Shown here in pieces: positions 18,696 to 28,932 of a DNA stretch of 64,000 bases; position 1 is the stretch's first letter, and every line of letters starts with the position of its first letter. Made by a program: the position numbers and the translations under genes. The DNA comes from Candidatus Spongiisociaceae bacterium (GTDB taxonomy: Bacteria; Actinomycetota; Acidimicrobiia; Spongiisociales; Spongiisociaceae): NCBI GenBank assembly GCA_965262915.1, contig OZ253564.1:992001-1056000 (forward strand). Direction: 5' to 3'. Under the pieces are notes generated by a model. The model was not told the origin of the DNA, did not search any database, and saw only the letters and a program-made list of their open reading frames with translations.

Positions 18696-20112
18696 TCAAA
18701 CCGCCGCGTAGGTGATGCCGAGTATCTCGGCGGTGCCGGACGGGACGTTCCCGTGGTGGCCGGGGAGGACACCGGCGTGGTGGGTTGCGCCCGCCTCGCA
18801 CCATCTTGCGTAGGCGTCCGCTACGTTGCCCGAGTCGAACCGGAACATGGCGTTGGGCCCCTCCATGGCGTGATGCTTCGAGTCGAGGATGCGGCCCTCG
18901 GCGCCTACCAGCACCCATCCGCCGGTTTGGTTTATCGGGGTAAGGCTGATGAGGGTGGCCGGTCCCTCGGGAAGCTCGAAAGCGACCGCGGTGCCGGGTC
19001 CATGGGTTCCCATGTAGTGATCCTCCGGAAGCAGTCGCACCGTGGACGACCGAGCACGGATGCTCAGGTCTCCCTCACCGCCGTTGGCCAGCAGTATCCA
19101 GTTACCCGGAAAATCCATCTGGTAGAGCTCGCAGTAGAGCGCCGAACCGGCCAGTCTCTTGCCGATCGCCAGCGCGATGCCGGTGGGGATGTCCCCCGTA
19201 CAGGCGAACGGTTTGCCGTCCCGGGTGCAGAGCGCCACTCCGAGACACGCCGTGATCCCCACTGCGGGATTCCACCGGAGCACGTCACCATGGCAGTTGA
19301 CCGCGCCAGCGTTGGCGCCGTGCTGCCGGCAGAGCTCGTCCATGGCGAGGGCGAGGCGGGCCGAGCGCTCGAGGGTCATATCATCCACCGCGGAGGTGTC
19401 GAACTCGCTCCGCAGGTCGCCGACCAGGGTTTCCACCCCCGCGCCGTCAACGGAGGCGAACGCTGCGCCGATGCCTCCAGCATCGATGTCGATCACCTCG
19501 ACTCCCAGGTTCTGCAGTTCCCGGTGCGACACCTCCACATCTAGGTAGCCGGAGATGGGCGCTCCGATCGCCAGCAGCCGGGAGTTCCGTACCAGCGCCG
19601 CCGCGTCCGCGGCCCTCAGGGTCTCGCCGAGTGCGGCGTCGAGACCGGCCGCGCCCACCGAGGAGATCAATGTCGTGAACCGCCGGCCTTCCCGGACCAG
19701 CACGTTGGTGAACATCACCAGGCCCACGGGCAGGCTACGTCGGGTGGCCTCTTCGGTGGCGTAGTCGTCCGGAACCTCGTCCAGCTCCTGGGCGCCGACG
19801 GCCACCACCGGAACCCGTGGCAGTCCCTTGATCGCTTCCCACCCGTAGCTGGGTGGGGCCGCCATAGTGGGCGCGAAGACGATCACATTGACCTCGGCCT
19901 CCGCGAAGGCCCTAGCTGCTTTCCTCCCGGCGTCGTCCGAATCGACCACTCCCGGGGTAGACCACCGACCCGAACCGGTCGACGCGTTCCCTCATCGCCT
20001 CGGCGAAAGCGGTCCGATCCCGGCGGAACTCGGGAGGCATGGCCGCGTCGAACAGCCCGAAGTACACCGACAGCAGCCCGATCCGCAACCGTCGTTCAGT
20101 TTCAACAGGCAT
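18696..20112 (-). pseudogene. L-fucose/L-arabinose isomerase family protein, frameshifted
   Basis: N-terminus (RIGLLSVYFGLFD) at 19912-20112 joins ORF 18696-19949 through a 1-nt shift at CCCGGGG 19951-19957; GAVNCH, FACTGD, AGATHH. Confidence 0.75.
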
Positions 20113-20266
20113 AGCCTCCTCAGTGCAGGCGCATACGATTGTGAGACATCGAAGCGATGGGGGATCGACATGCCAAGGGAGTCCGTCCGAGGGACCGTAA
20201 TCGGCCCACAGAGGATCGGGGACGCCCTCCCGTCGTCCGAGCGGGGTCGGTCACCAGGTCACCGCG

Positions 20267-20326
20267 AAGTGGAGTACGAAACCTCCGTAAAGTGGAGTGC
20301 AATACCTCCGTAAAGTGGAGTATGAT
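20267..20326 (+). repeat. 23-bp tandem repeat AAGTGGAGT(acgaa/gcaat)ACCTCCGTA x2.6
   Basis: Read directly; each full unit holds a GGAG/CTCC inverted repeat; the third unit ends in TATGAT (-10-like). Confidence 0.9.
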
Positions 20327-20347
20327 GACGTACCCGATAGGATAGAC

Positions 20348-21622
20348 ATGGTTGGCATCGGCAATCCTAATTATCTGGATCGAGTGGTGGACAGTGAGGT
20401 CGCCGAAGCCCTCGCCTCGTCGCCCGCGGTGCTCATAGAAGGTCCGCGAGGCTGCGGCAAGACCTGGACCGGACAGAGGTTCGCTCGCAGCGAGATCATG
20501 CTGGACGGATCCGAGGCCTTACGCCTGGCGGCCGAGGTGGACCCGGGTTCGATCTTGGAGGGCGCGGAACCGCGACTGCTGGACGAATGGCAGATGGTCC
20601 GCGGCATCTGGAATCCGATGCGCCACGCCTGCGACCGGCGGGGCGGGTTCGGGCACTTTCTGCTCACAGGCTCGCAGAACCCCCCGGATGACATCACCGA
20701 GCACTCCGGCGCCGGGCGGGTTGCCCGTGTACGGATGCGATCCATGTCTTTGTGGGAGTCCGGTTACTCCAGCGGGGAGGTGTCCTTGGCTTCGCTGATC
20801 GCAGGCGAGCGATGTCAGGCGACGGACGCAGGACAGACCATCAGGGATGTGGCTTCTCTCATCTGTCGGGGAGGATGGCCTCGCATGATCAAGATGACGG
20901 CGAGCACTGCACAGGCTCGCCTGCGTGACTACCTGGACAACATAGCCCGTATCGATATCTCGCGCGTGGCGGGAGTGAGACGTAACCCGCGGTTGGTGAT
21001 GGGCCTGCTCGCATCTCTCGCCCGCAACGAGGCCACGGCGGCCTCCAATGCCGCATTGCGGGCCGATCTGACCGAAGGAGGCGTCAGGCCTCCTGCACGG
21101 TCGACGATACGGTCTTACCTGGACGAGTTGGCCCGCTTGTTCGTTATCGAGCCGCTCCCTGCATGGTCAACCCACCTGAGGTCGTCGACCCGGTTGCGCA
21201 AGACTCCCAAGCGCTACTTTACTGATCCTGCGCTCGCGGTAGCCGCCCTGGTGACCTCCTCGGCGGTCGTCGAACGGGACCTGCAGATGATGGGGCTGCT
21301 GTTCGAGTCGATGGCGGTGCGTGACCTTCGGGTCTACGCGCAGTCGTTCGGAGCGCGTCTCTACTACTACAGTGATGAGAGCAACCTGGAAGCAGACGCC
21401 GTCATAGACGGTCTCGAGGGTCGGTGGGTTGCCGTGGAGATCAAGCTCGGAGGGGGTTCGGCCATCACGAGAGCGATGGATTCCCTGCGCGCCGTCCGTT
21501 CACGGGTGGACACCACCCGGCGTGGAGACCCTGCGCGGCTCATCGTGCTGACCGCGTTCGGACCGGGCTACCAGACCGACGACGGGGTGGCGGTGGTGCC
21601 TCTGACCGCGTTGAGGCCCTGA
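20348..21622 (+). CDS. AAA_14 ATPase with DUF4143 domain
   Basis: AVLIEGPRGCGKT, LLDEWQ, FLLTGS, HSGAGR, GGWP, TPKRYFTDP, GLLFES, EADAV..AVEIKL (PD-(D/E)xK-like). Confidence 0.9.
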   Translation: MVGIGNPNYLDRVVDSEVAEALASSPAVLIEGPRGCGKTWTGQRFARSEIMLDGSEALRLAAEVDPGSILEGAEPRLLDEWQMVRGIWNPMRHACDRRGGFGHFLLTGSQNPPDDITEHSGAGRVARVRMRSMSLWESGYSSGEVSLASLIAGERCQATDAGQTIRDVASLICRGGWPRMIKMTASTAQARLRDYLDNIARIDISRVAGVRRNPRLVMGLLASLARNEATAASNAALRADLTEGGVRPPARSTIRSYLDELARLFVIEPLPAWSTHLRSSTRLRKTPKRYFTDPALAVAALVTSSAVVERDLQMMGLLFESMAVRDLRVYAQSFGARLYYYSDESNLEADAVIDGLEGRWVAVEIKLGGGSAITRAMDSLRAVRSRVDTTRRGDPARLIVLTAFGPGYQTDDGVAVVPLTALRP

Positions 21623-21699
21623 TCCCCGATCCGAGGGCCGACGGATCCGGCACATGCTCGCTCGCGGAAGAGCCGGTCCCGCTACGATTCGTATCGACG

Positions 21700-22158
21700 A
21701 TGAGCGGCTACGCATCCTTCGATGAGAAGCGGATCAAGCACCTGGAGATGATCCAGAGTGCGATAGTCCGCGTCAGCAGCGCGGGGATTCATACCAAGCG
21801 CTGGAGCTTCGTCCTGACCGCCGCCCTCCTGGCTCTGGCCGTACAGCAACAGGAGTGCTTGCTGGGAGCGGTCAGCGTGGTGATCGCCTTTGGTCTGTGG
21901 GTCCTGGACCACGACTTCCTGCGCTCGGAACAGCTGTTCCGCAAGCTGTACGAGCACGTCCGCGTAGCCGAAGAGCCCGAGCCGTTCTTCATGGACGCGA
22001 CCGGCGAGAAGTTCATCGGTCACCTGGAGAAGGCGAACCTGCATCACGGCGTATCGCGGTGGAACGTGTTCAAGTCCCCGCCGCTTTGGATCGTCTACGG
22101 AAGCCAGATGTTCGCCGGCTTCATCGTCTGGCTGGTCCTTCGTATCACGGTCGGGTAA
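21700..22158 (+). CDS. Small membrane protein with 3 predicted TM segments (KHLEMIQ family)
   Basis: KHLEMIQSAIVR...KRWS...WVLD..FLRSEQLFRKLYEHVR plus hydrophobic segments. Confidence 0.7.
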   Translation: MSGYASFDEKRIKHLEMIQSAIVRVSSAGIHTKRWSFVLTAALLALAVQQQECLLGAVSVVIAFGLWVLDHDFLRSEQLFRKLYEHVRVAEEPEPFFMDATGEKFIGHLEKANLHHGVSRWNVFKSPPLWIVYGSQMFAGFIVWLVLRITVG

Positions 22159-22188
22159 TCGCTCGCCGGGGACCTCCGATGGTCGAAC

Positions 22189-22680
22189 TCAAAGAAGAGG
22201 CGTCGCCAGTTCCACATCTGATACCCGGACCTCTTCGTGCAGTTGGCGGGCGTTCTGCTTCCTCTGTTGTGCTGTACGTTCGGACAACGCCCACGGATCT
22301 TGAGGTCGAGGGCTGCGAGAGCGGAGCCAGAAGACACTTCTGCCCCCCGCCTCCATAGCCTTGGCAGCAGATGTCAGGTCCAACAGCAGAGCGCCCGTAG
22401 CTCGTACAGGGTCGTCACCTACACCTTGAATCGCGAACACGGACAACTTGGTCTTGATTAAGGCAGCTAACTCCATAGGATTCTGAAGCAGACTGTAGTT
22501 GTTCTTGACCAGCCCGCGATAGCCGATCTGGTGCAGAGCAATCACGAGTTCCCGGTCACCAAGTCTGGGGAGTCTGCCATCGATTCGCCGGATGGGAATC
22601 AGGTTTATGCCGGTGATCCACGGAGCTATGGCGGCCAGGATCGGTTCCGGGAAGTTGTGGTCCAGCGGTAGATCGATCAT
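22189..22680 (-). CDS. PIN-like toxin (VapC45/DUF5615-like)
   Basis: LPLDHNFP, LGDRELV, NPMELAAL; ATGA-coupled to the DUF433 gene. Confidence 0.65.
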   Translation of the reverse strand: MIDLPLDHNFPEPILAAIAPWITGINLIPIRRIDGRLPRLGDRELVIALHQIGYRGLVKNNYSLLQNPMELAALIKTKLSVFAIQGVGDDPVRATGALLLDLTSAAKAMEAGGRSVFWLRSRSPRPQDPWALSERTAQQRKQNARQLHEEVRVSDVELATPLL

Positions 22681-23396
22681 GCGGCAAGGTCGTGTTCCAG
22701 ATCGATCGCTTGCTCGACCGTTTCGTGGTCGACCTCTGGATAGAGGGCTGCCACACTCGGGATATCCCCCATGCGTCGATATAGGGCGGCTATGGCCCGA
22801 GTCGTGATACGGGAATTCTCAAGGTGCGGTTCACCGGACACCTTCCCCGGAACGATTCGGAGCCGCGAGCGGGGTCGTATCAGGTCAGGGCCGTGATCGT
22901 CGCCCACCTCGAAGGGTCCCAGCAGATCGAGCACGGGCAACATTCCCAGTTGGCCGGACATCCCGGCAGCCCAGCCGTCATCCAGGTGCACCCGGCCGGT
23001 CTGATCCACCCTCAACGGCGATCCGCGCTGCGCGGTGTTCTCGGCCCAGATATCGAGGTCCCGTCTCTCCAGTTCCTCCAAAGTCCCTCGCATCTGAGTC
23101 ATCTGGCGGCCGGGGATCTCACCCAGCCGACCGGGCTTGGGGTGACGTAACCAATAGACGATGCGAAGGGCCATCAGATCGGCGTACGACCAGAGTTTCT
23201 GCTTGTTGGGCGAGACGGTGGGTATCACTATTCCCTGGCGCGCCCAGTAGTAGATGGTGGAGACCGGGACCCCGGATAGTGCCGCGGTCCGGCGCCCGTC
23301 GTAGCAACCCGCCAGTGCGGCCTGCAAGCGCCCGGAGAGGTTGTTCCGCTGGACAAACACGGCGCACCCTCCCGCGTCGTCGGCTTTCCGAGCCAC
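22677..23396 (-). CDS. MerR-like HTH plus DUF433 antitoxin (VapB45-like); start uncertain
   Basis: TAALSGVPVSTIYYWAR, WSYADL, PGKVSGEPHLENSRITT, LYPEV..VEQAI. Confidence 0.8.
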   Translation of the reverse strand: MARKADDAGGCAVFVQRNNLSGRLQAALAGCYDGRRTAALSGVPVSTIYYWARQGIVIPTVSPNKQKLWSYADLMALRIVYWLRHPKPGRLGEIPGRQMTQMRGTLEELERRDLDIWAENTAQRGSPLRVDQTGRVHLDDGWAAGMSGQLGMLPVLDLLGPFEVGDDHGPDLIRPRSRLRIVPGKVSGEPHLENSRITTRAIAALYRRMGDIPSVAALYPEVDHETVEQAIDLEHDLAA

Positions 23397-23442
23397 ATTA
23401 CGGGCACTTCATAGATGTAGAGGGGTTCTATGCTTCGTATCG

Positions 23443-23886
23443 ATGAAGTCGGATGCCGCAACCGTAGGAGATTACTTGGCGAGCCTTCCCGAGGATCGCC
23501 GGGAGGCGGTCGCGGTGGTGCGTTCGGTCATCCTCGATCGCCTTCCCGACGGGTATGCGGAGGAGATGCGTTGGGGCATGGTTTCCTACGAGGTACCGCT
23601 CGCCATCCAGCCCGACACCTACAATGGCAAGCCGCTCTTGTATGCCGCGCTGGCGTCCCAGAAGCGGCACATGGCCGTGTACCTCTCGGGCGTCTACGCC
23701 GATCCGGAGGCCCGAGCCGACTTCGAACGGGTATACCGGGCTTCGGGCAAGCGCTTCGACATGGGCAAGAGCTGCGTGCGGTTCCGCCGCCTCGAGGATC
23801 TTCCACTCGAAGTGATCGGGGACGCCATCGCTCGTTATCCGATCGAGGACTTCGTCGATCTCTACCACCTGGGACGACGCCGCTGA
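23443..23886 (+). CDS. DUF1801 (YdhG-like) protein
   Basis: TVGDYLASLP, WGMVSYEVP, ALASQKRHMAVY, DMGKSCVRF. Confidence 0.85.
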   Translation: MKSDAATVGDYLASLPEDRREAVAVVRSVILDRLPDGYAEEMRWGMVSYEVPLAIQPDTYNGKPLLYAALASQKRHMAVYLSGVYADPEARADFERVYRASGKRFDMGKSCVRFRRLEDLPLEVIGDAIARYPIEDFVDLYHLGRRR

Positions 23887-24124
23887 TTCAATCCGGTGGC
23901 CGGTAGTTGAATTGCGGTGGGTTCCCTGACGTATCGGGAAGGATGGCCCGGGCTGACTCTGGATGGATCTGCCTGAGAGGTCATCCATTCCCGACCCGCG
24001 CACATAGACACCACAGCGCTGACTGTTGTTCGACAGTTAGATCAGGCCGCTTCTGGCCGGTTGCCGCTTTCGGCCTCATGCTACGGTCACGTCGGCGGTA
24101 TCGAGGCGAAGGATGGGATCCGGT

Positions 24125-25225
24125 ATGCGGGCCCGGGTCGGGGTGATCGGCGCTGGTTCGTGGGCCATCGCCAACCACATTCCCATCCTGGCGGCCCGGG
24201 ACGATGTCGAGTTGGTGAGCGCGGTCCGGACCAATCGCAAGGCGTTGGCCTTGCTGCAGGCCAGATTCGGTTTCGACCATGTGAGCGACGACTATCGGGA
24301 AGCCTTGGACTTCGGTCTGGACGCGGTCGTGATCGCCGGTCCGGCCGGGCTCCATTACGAGCATGCGAGAGCGGCGCTGGAAGCCGGTGCCGCTGTGCTG
24401 TGCGAGAAGCCCTTCACCACGGACCCCGGCCACGCGTGGGATCTCCATGACATCGCGTCGCAGCGCGGCCTCCACCTGCTCCTTGCCCTCGGTTGGAACT
24501 ACCGTCCCACGGCCGTCGAGTCCAAACGACTCATGGAAGACCCCGGCGTGGGAGCGGTCCAGCATGTGCTGGTGGCTATGGTCTCCGGTCTGCGCGGGCT
24601 CCTCCACGGTACGGGTAGCTACCGGGGCCAGGACGCATTCTTCCACCTGCCCGGAGGACCTGGACCGATCCCCGATTGTCCGGGGGCGATACGCTCCGGC
24701 GGCCCTCAGCCACGCACTCGGCCTGGCCCTATGGCTCACCGGCCCGCGAGCCTCACAGGTATTCGCCTTCGTCAACAACGAAGGCGCCGGGATCGATCTT
24801 TACGACTCCATCAGCGTCCGGTTCCTCTCGGGGGCCACCGGCTCGATCCTGGGAGCGTTGTCGGTGCCGGGGGGAGTGCGGTCGATCAGGAGGATGCCCC
24901 GTGGCCCCGGCACCAACTGCAGGTACGTATCTACGGTACGGAAGGCCATCTGGTCGCCGATCTTGAGAGGGACTTCCTCTGGCTCTTTCGCGAGGACGGG
25001 AGGGACATCAAAGTCGATCTGCCCGCCCGGGCCGGCCTCTACGCATGTGACGAACCTCCCAACGTGCTGATCGATCTCACCCTGGGCATGGCGGCGAAGA
25101 ACCGCTCACCCGCGGACGTGGGCGCCAGGACGGTGGAGATCCTGAGCGCGGCTTACGACAGCGTGAGGGCCGGCGCCGTGGCCAACATCGTCACCCGGCA
25201 TCGTTCGAGTACGGCCACTCCGTAG
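24125..25225 (+). pseudogene. Gfo/Idh/MocA oxidoreductase with compensating internal frameshifts
   Basis: VGVIGAG, LHYEHA..ALEAG.AVLCEKP; the conserved central part (TWTDPRLSGG / YAPAALSHALGLALWLTG) lies in other frames at ~24655-24875. Confidence 0.75.
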
Positions 25226-25258
25226 AGGAACGTTCTCCTCACAACCCAGGAAGGCGTC

Positions 25259-25639
25259 ATGGATTCATCGCAGGACAGCACCACCCGACCGGATCGGGTG
25301 AGGGCCTTCTTCGGTGTCGGCAGCGTCGCTACCGCGGCGCTCGAACTGTGCCGGCAGCGGCCGTGGATGGATGTGGTGGGTGCGGTGCTAGGACCGGCGT
25401 CGGCGGCCGGCGCTCGCCCGCCAATACCCGCCGCCTGGACGGGAGTATGCATCCGAGAGGATCCGGATGCCATGCTCGACGAGGTCCGTTCGGGAGTGGT
25501 GCTCGTAGCGACGCGCTCGCCCCTGGACGCGGTACTTCCCCTGATAGAACGGTGCGCCGAGCGGGGTGTCCACGTCATATGCTCCAACGAGGAACTCGTC
25601 TGGCCGGATGTCGAACGACCGGAGTCACCCCACGTATAG
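25259..25639 (+). pseudogene. N-terminal fragment of a dihydrodipicolinate-reductase-like NAD(P) oxidoreductase
   Basis: FFGVGSVA, VVLVATRS, GVHVICSNEELVWP, then an abrupt end. Confidence 0.55.
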
Positions 25640-26119
25640 GTGGAGAGGCTCGTGCCGAAGGTGCGGACGGCCTGCCGGTATGCAGCCGAGTTGGGCATCC
25701 GGTTGTCGATCGAGACCCATACGGCGCTTCCGGTCATCGCGCTGGTCGAACTCGTGGAACGGGTGGACGCTCCCAAATTGGGTGCGGTGCTGGACACCGC
25801 CAACGTCGTCCGGGTCGGCAGCGGTTTGATGGAAGCTACCCGGATCCTGGCCCGCGTGACCGACATGGTGCACATGAAGGACCTTGATCTCTCGGCGGCC
25901 GGATTCGGCGATCCTGGCGGATGGTGGCCGTGTGTATCTCTGGGGGTGGGCGATCTGGATCTCCACGGCGTTCTGGCGGAACTCCGCTCGGTAGGGTTCG
26001 CGGGCTTCATATGGGTCGAACTCGCCACGCCGGCCGGAAGCGACGAGGACCGGATGGTGGAGGAAAGCGTCGCCTGGCTCCGGCACTCGATAGCACTCGC
26101 GGGACAGAAGGAACGCTGA
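25640..26119 (+). pseudogene. C-terminal fragment of a sugar-phosphate isomerase/epimerase (xylose isomerase-like TIM barrel)
   Basis: LSIETH, VLDTAN, VHMKD, LGVGDLD, GFIWVE; N-terminal half absent. Confidence 0.7.
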
Positions 26120-26253
26120 CCACCGAAGACGAATGAGTCACTCGAGACCCGCGACCGGTAGACCGTAGTCCCACATTGGTTACCGACCACCGGCCACGGT
26201 GGATACGTTACCGGCAACTCTGTATAGTCGCGCCAGCGCTGTCGGGAGTGTTT

Positions 26254-27270
26254 ATGCGGAAGATGCGAATGAACCAGGCGGTAGCGACCGCGCTGGCGGA
26301 CGAGATGCGCCACGACCCCGATGTCATCATGTTCGGAGAGGACGTCGCGGTAGCCGAAGGAACCTTCAAGACCTCGGCAGGGCTGCTGAAGGAGTTCGGG
26401 CCTCGGCGGGTACGCGACACACCTATCTCAGAGATGGGCTTTCTGGGCGCGGCGGTGGGCGCCGCCTCGACCGGTCTGCGGCCGGTGGTCGAGATCATGT
26501 TCATCGAGTTCATCGGGGTGGCGCTTGACCAACTGGTCACCGAGGCGGCCAAATTCCACTACCTGTCGCGAGGCACCGTCACGGTGCCCATGACGGTGCG
26601 GGGCTCGATCGGGGCCGGCCTCGGCTTCGGGTGCCAGCACTCCCAGACGCTGGAAACCTGGATGTACGGAACTCCGGGTCTGAAGCTCGTCGTCGCCTCG
26701 GGGTCGCAGAGTGCCTACGGACTGACGAGGGCCGCTATCCGGGATGACAACCCGGTCGTCGTCTTGGAGCCGAGGGTCCTGTATGCCAAGCGGGCCCCCG
26801 TGGAAACCGGCGAAGACGCCATCATTCCTCTCGGGAAGGCCGCCAAGGTCAAAGAAGGCGCCGATGTCACGATTGTGGCTCTGGGCGCCATGGTTCCCGC
26901 CGCTCTCGAAGCGGCCGAAGGAGTCCCGTGGTCGGCCGAGGTGATCGATCTCCGCACGCTCGTTCCGTACGACAAGGAGGCTCTGCTGGAGTCGGTCGGG
27001 AGCACCGGACGGCTGGTAGTGGTGGAGGAGAACCCGCTGACGGGAGGATGGGGAGGGGAGATAACCTCCTTCGTCGCCGGTGAGATGTTCGGGGATCTCA
27101 AAGCCCCTCCCATCCGTGTGACCAGCCCCGATGTCCACGTACCCTTCGGTAGGGAATTGGAGCAGCGATACCTACCCAGCCCGAGCTATATCGCTTCGCA
27201 GGTGGGAAGGCTGCTGGAGACAGGACGGCGCCCGCCGCACTGGTGGGAGAGAGAAGGGGTCGGATCATGA
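26254..27270 (+). CDS. TPP-dependent 2-oxoacid/acetoin dehydrogenase E1 beta subunit
   Basis: FGEDV, VRDTPISE, LRPVVEIMF, QHSQ, EVIDLRTLVP. Confidence 0.92.
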   Translation: MRKMRMNQAVATALADEMRHDPDVIMFGEDVAVAEGTFKTSAGLLKEFGPRRVRDTPISEMGFLGAAVGAASTGLRPVVEIMFIEFIGVALDQLVTEAAKFHYLSRGTVTVPMTVRGSIGAGLGFGCQHSQTLETWMYGTPGLKLVVASGSQSAYGLTRAAIRDDNPVVVLEPRVLYAKRAPVETGEDAIIPLGKAAKVKEGADVTIVALGAMVPAALEAAEGVPWSAEVIDLRTLVPYDKEALLESVGSTGRLVVVEENPLTGGWGGEITSFVAGEMFGDLKAPPIRVTSPDVHVPFGRELEQRYLPSPSYIASQVGRLLETGRRPPHWWEREGVGS

Positions 27271-28259
27271 CCGAAGTCACGACACCGCTGGAACGGCGCC
27301 GGAAGCTGCAAGCGAGCCGTGTGGGCCGTTACGAGGCGATGTCGGAGATCCGGGCGTTCGAGGACCGGGTCCAGGCCATGTTCTTCGAGGGTCTGGTTCA
27401 CGGCACGACCCACACCTGCCAGGGTCAGGAAGCGGTAGCGGTAGGGGTGGCGGCGGCGGCCCGGCCGACCGACCGCATAACCTGTACCTACCGCGGTCAC
27501 GGCCACGCGCTGGCGCTCGGGTTGAACCCGGTCACGGTGCTGGGCGAGATAATGGGGCGCAGGATCGGCGCTGTCGGAGGCGTGGGCGGTTCCATGCATC
27601 TGTGCGACACGACAGTCGGATTGCTGCCCACCTTTGCCATCATCGGCGCCGGCATCCCGGTCGCGGCGGGTGCTGCTCTCACCGCGCAGGTGCGGGGGAC
27701 CGATGATGCCGCGATCGGGATCTTCGGCGACGGGGCCGCCAACATCGGCGCGTTCCACGAAGGGTTGAATCTGGCGGCGATCTGGAAGCTGCCGGTGGTG
27801 TTCGTGTGCGAGAACAACCAGTACGGCGAGTACACCGCCATCCACCTCTCCACTCCCGTCGAGAACCTCGCGGACCGGGCCGTGTCCTACGGAATACCGG
27901 GCGAGGTGGTTGACGGCCAGGACGTGGATGTGGTGGCTTCGGCTGTGGCGGGAGCCCTTGAGAGGGCTCGGGCCGGTGATGGGCCGACCCTGCTCGAGAT
28001 GAAGACCTACCGGTACGCGGGTCACTCGCGGGCCGACACGGCGCCGTACCGGCCGGAGGGCGAGCTCGAGCGTTGGTACGAGCGCGACCCGATCAACACC
28101 TACCGCAGTCGCCTGATCGCCGAAGGGGAACTTACGGCAGAGGACGCCGAGGAGATCGAAGCTAGGGCCCGCAGGAGCATAGAAGATGCCGAAGCGGTGG
28201 CGAAGGCCAGTGCCAAGGCGACGGTGGACGATATGTTCCGCCACATCTACGCGCCGTGA
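27267..28259 (+). CDS. TPP-dependent dehydrogenase E1 alpha subunit
   Basis: GQEAV, TYRGHGH, GGSMH, FGDGA...CENN, TYRYAGHS. Confidence 0.92.
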   Translation: MTEVTTPLERRRKLQASRVGRYEAMSEIRAFEDRVQAMFFEGLVHGTTHTCQGQEAVAVGVAAAARPTDRITCTYRGHGHALALGLNPVTVLGEIMGRRIGAVGGVGGSMHLCDTTVGLLPTFAIIGAGIPVAAGAALTAQVRGTDDAAIGIFGDGAANIGAFHEGLNLAAIWKLPVVFVCENNQYGEYTAIHLSTPVENLADRAVSYGIPGEVVDGQDVDVVASAVAGALERARAGDGPTLLEMKTYRYAGHSRADTAPYRPEGELERWYERDPINTYRSRLIAEGELTAEDAEEIEARARRSIEDAEAVAKASAKATVDDMFRHIYAP

Positions 28260-28366
28260 TCGCAAGCGGGTGACCCTCGACCACTTTCCTGCCAACCTCG
28301 TAACCGAGTAGTCGACCTAGCAGGGGCGGTCGTTCTTGATCGCAGCCACCCGAAGGCGGGGCTCCC

Positions 28367-28783
28367 TTACGTATAGACGGTGAAGGCCCGGCTCCGATTG
28401 GGGCCGAATCGGTAGATCGAAAAGTCCCGATCAAAGGCAATGGCGTCGCGTATGCCCAGGCGTTGCATCACCGACCAACTCGTCCGGTCGACGATGGAGA
28501 ACCGCTGATCGGGAGAGGCCTCTTGGATCTGGGCGGCGGCTTCGAGGTCGGCCAGAGTGGTAGATTCGATGCGGGCGATCCCCCGCCGGATGCTGTTCAG
28601 CAGAGTCTCGGCAATGCCCGAACCAAGCCGACACGAGGCGAGGTACCACGTTTCGATGAGCACGTGATCGCTGGTCAGTAGTTGGCCCGCGAGCTCCTCG
28701 ATGCGGGCCGCTGCTCTCATGTGGCTGGCGTCGTCGGTATCCGCCACTGCGTACCAGGCCGAGGAGTCGACGAAAGCCGTCAC
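28367..28783 (-). CDS. vapC: PIN-domain VapC toxin
   Basis: AFVDSSAWYA, LTSDHVLIET, FSIVDRTSW, AIAFDRDF. Confidence 0.88.
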   Translation of the reverse strand: MTAFVDSSAWYAVADTDDASHMRAAARIEELAGQLLTSDHVLIETWYLASCRLGSGIAETLLNSIRRGIARIESTTLADLEAAAQIQEASPDQRFSIVDRTSWSVMQRLGIRDAIAFDRDFSIYRFGPNRSRAFTVYT

Positions 28784-28932
28784 CGTTTCGAGGGGTAGTC
28801 AGCAATCGCAGCTGCTACGGCGTCCTTACCTTCGCTCACGATGTCGCTCCCACCGGACCGGCCGATCCCGAATATCGAGGCCGGATCGGCCAGCGTGTCG
28901 TTCGGTCCCAGGTCGCGATCGACGAGTCGGCG
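28780..28932 (-). pseudogene. 5'-truncated antitoxin (C-terminal part)
   Basis: Frame RRLVDRDLGPNDTLADPASIFGIGRSGGSDIVSEGKDAVAAAIADYPSKR* overlaps the vapC start (GTGA); no start codon, begins after a TAG. Confidence 0.55.

Noticed and set aside
20267-20326. Possible mini-CRISPR
   Set aside because: The variable part is only 5 nt and there are 2.6 units; better explained as operator-like repeats.
25153-26313. 386-aa minus-strand ORF
   Set aside because: Ser/Arg/Pro-rich antisense shadow of recognisable plus-strand fragments.
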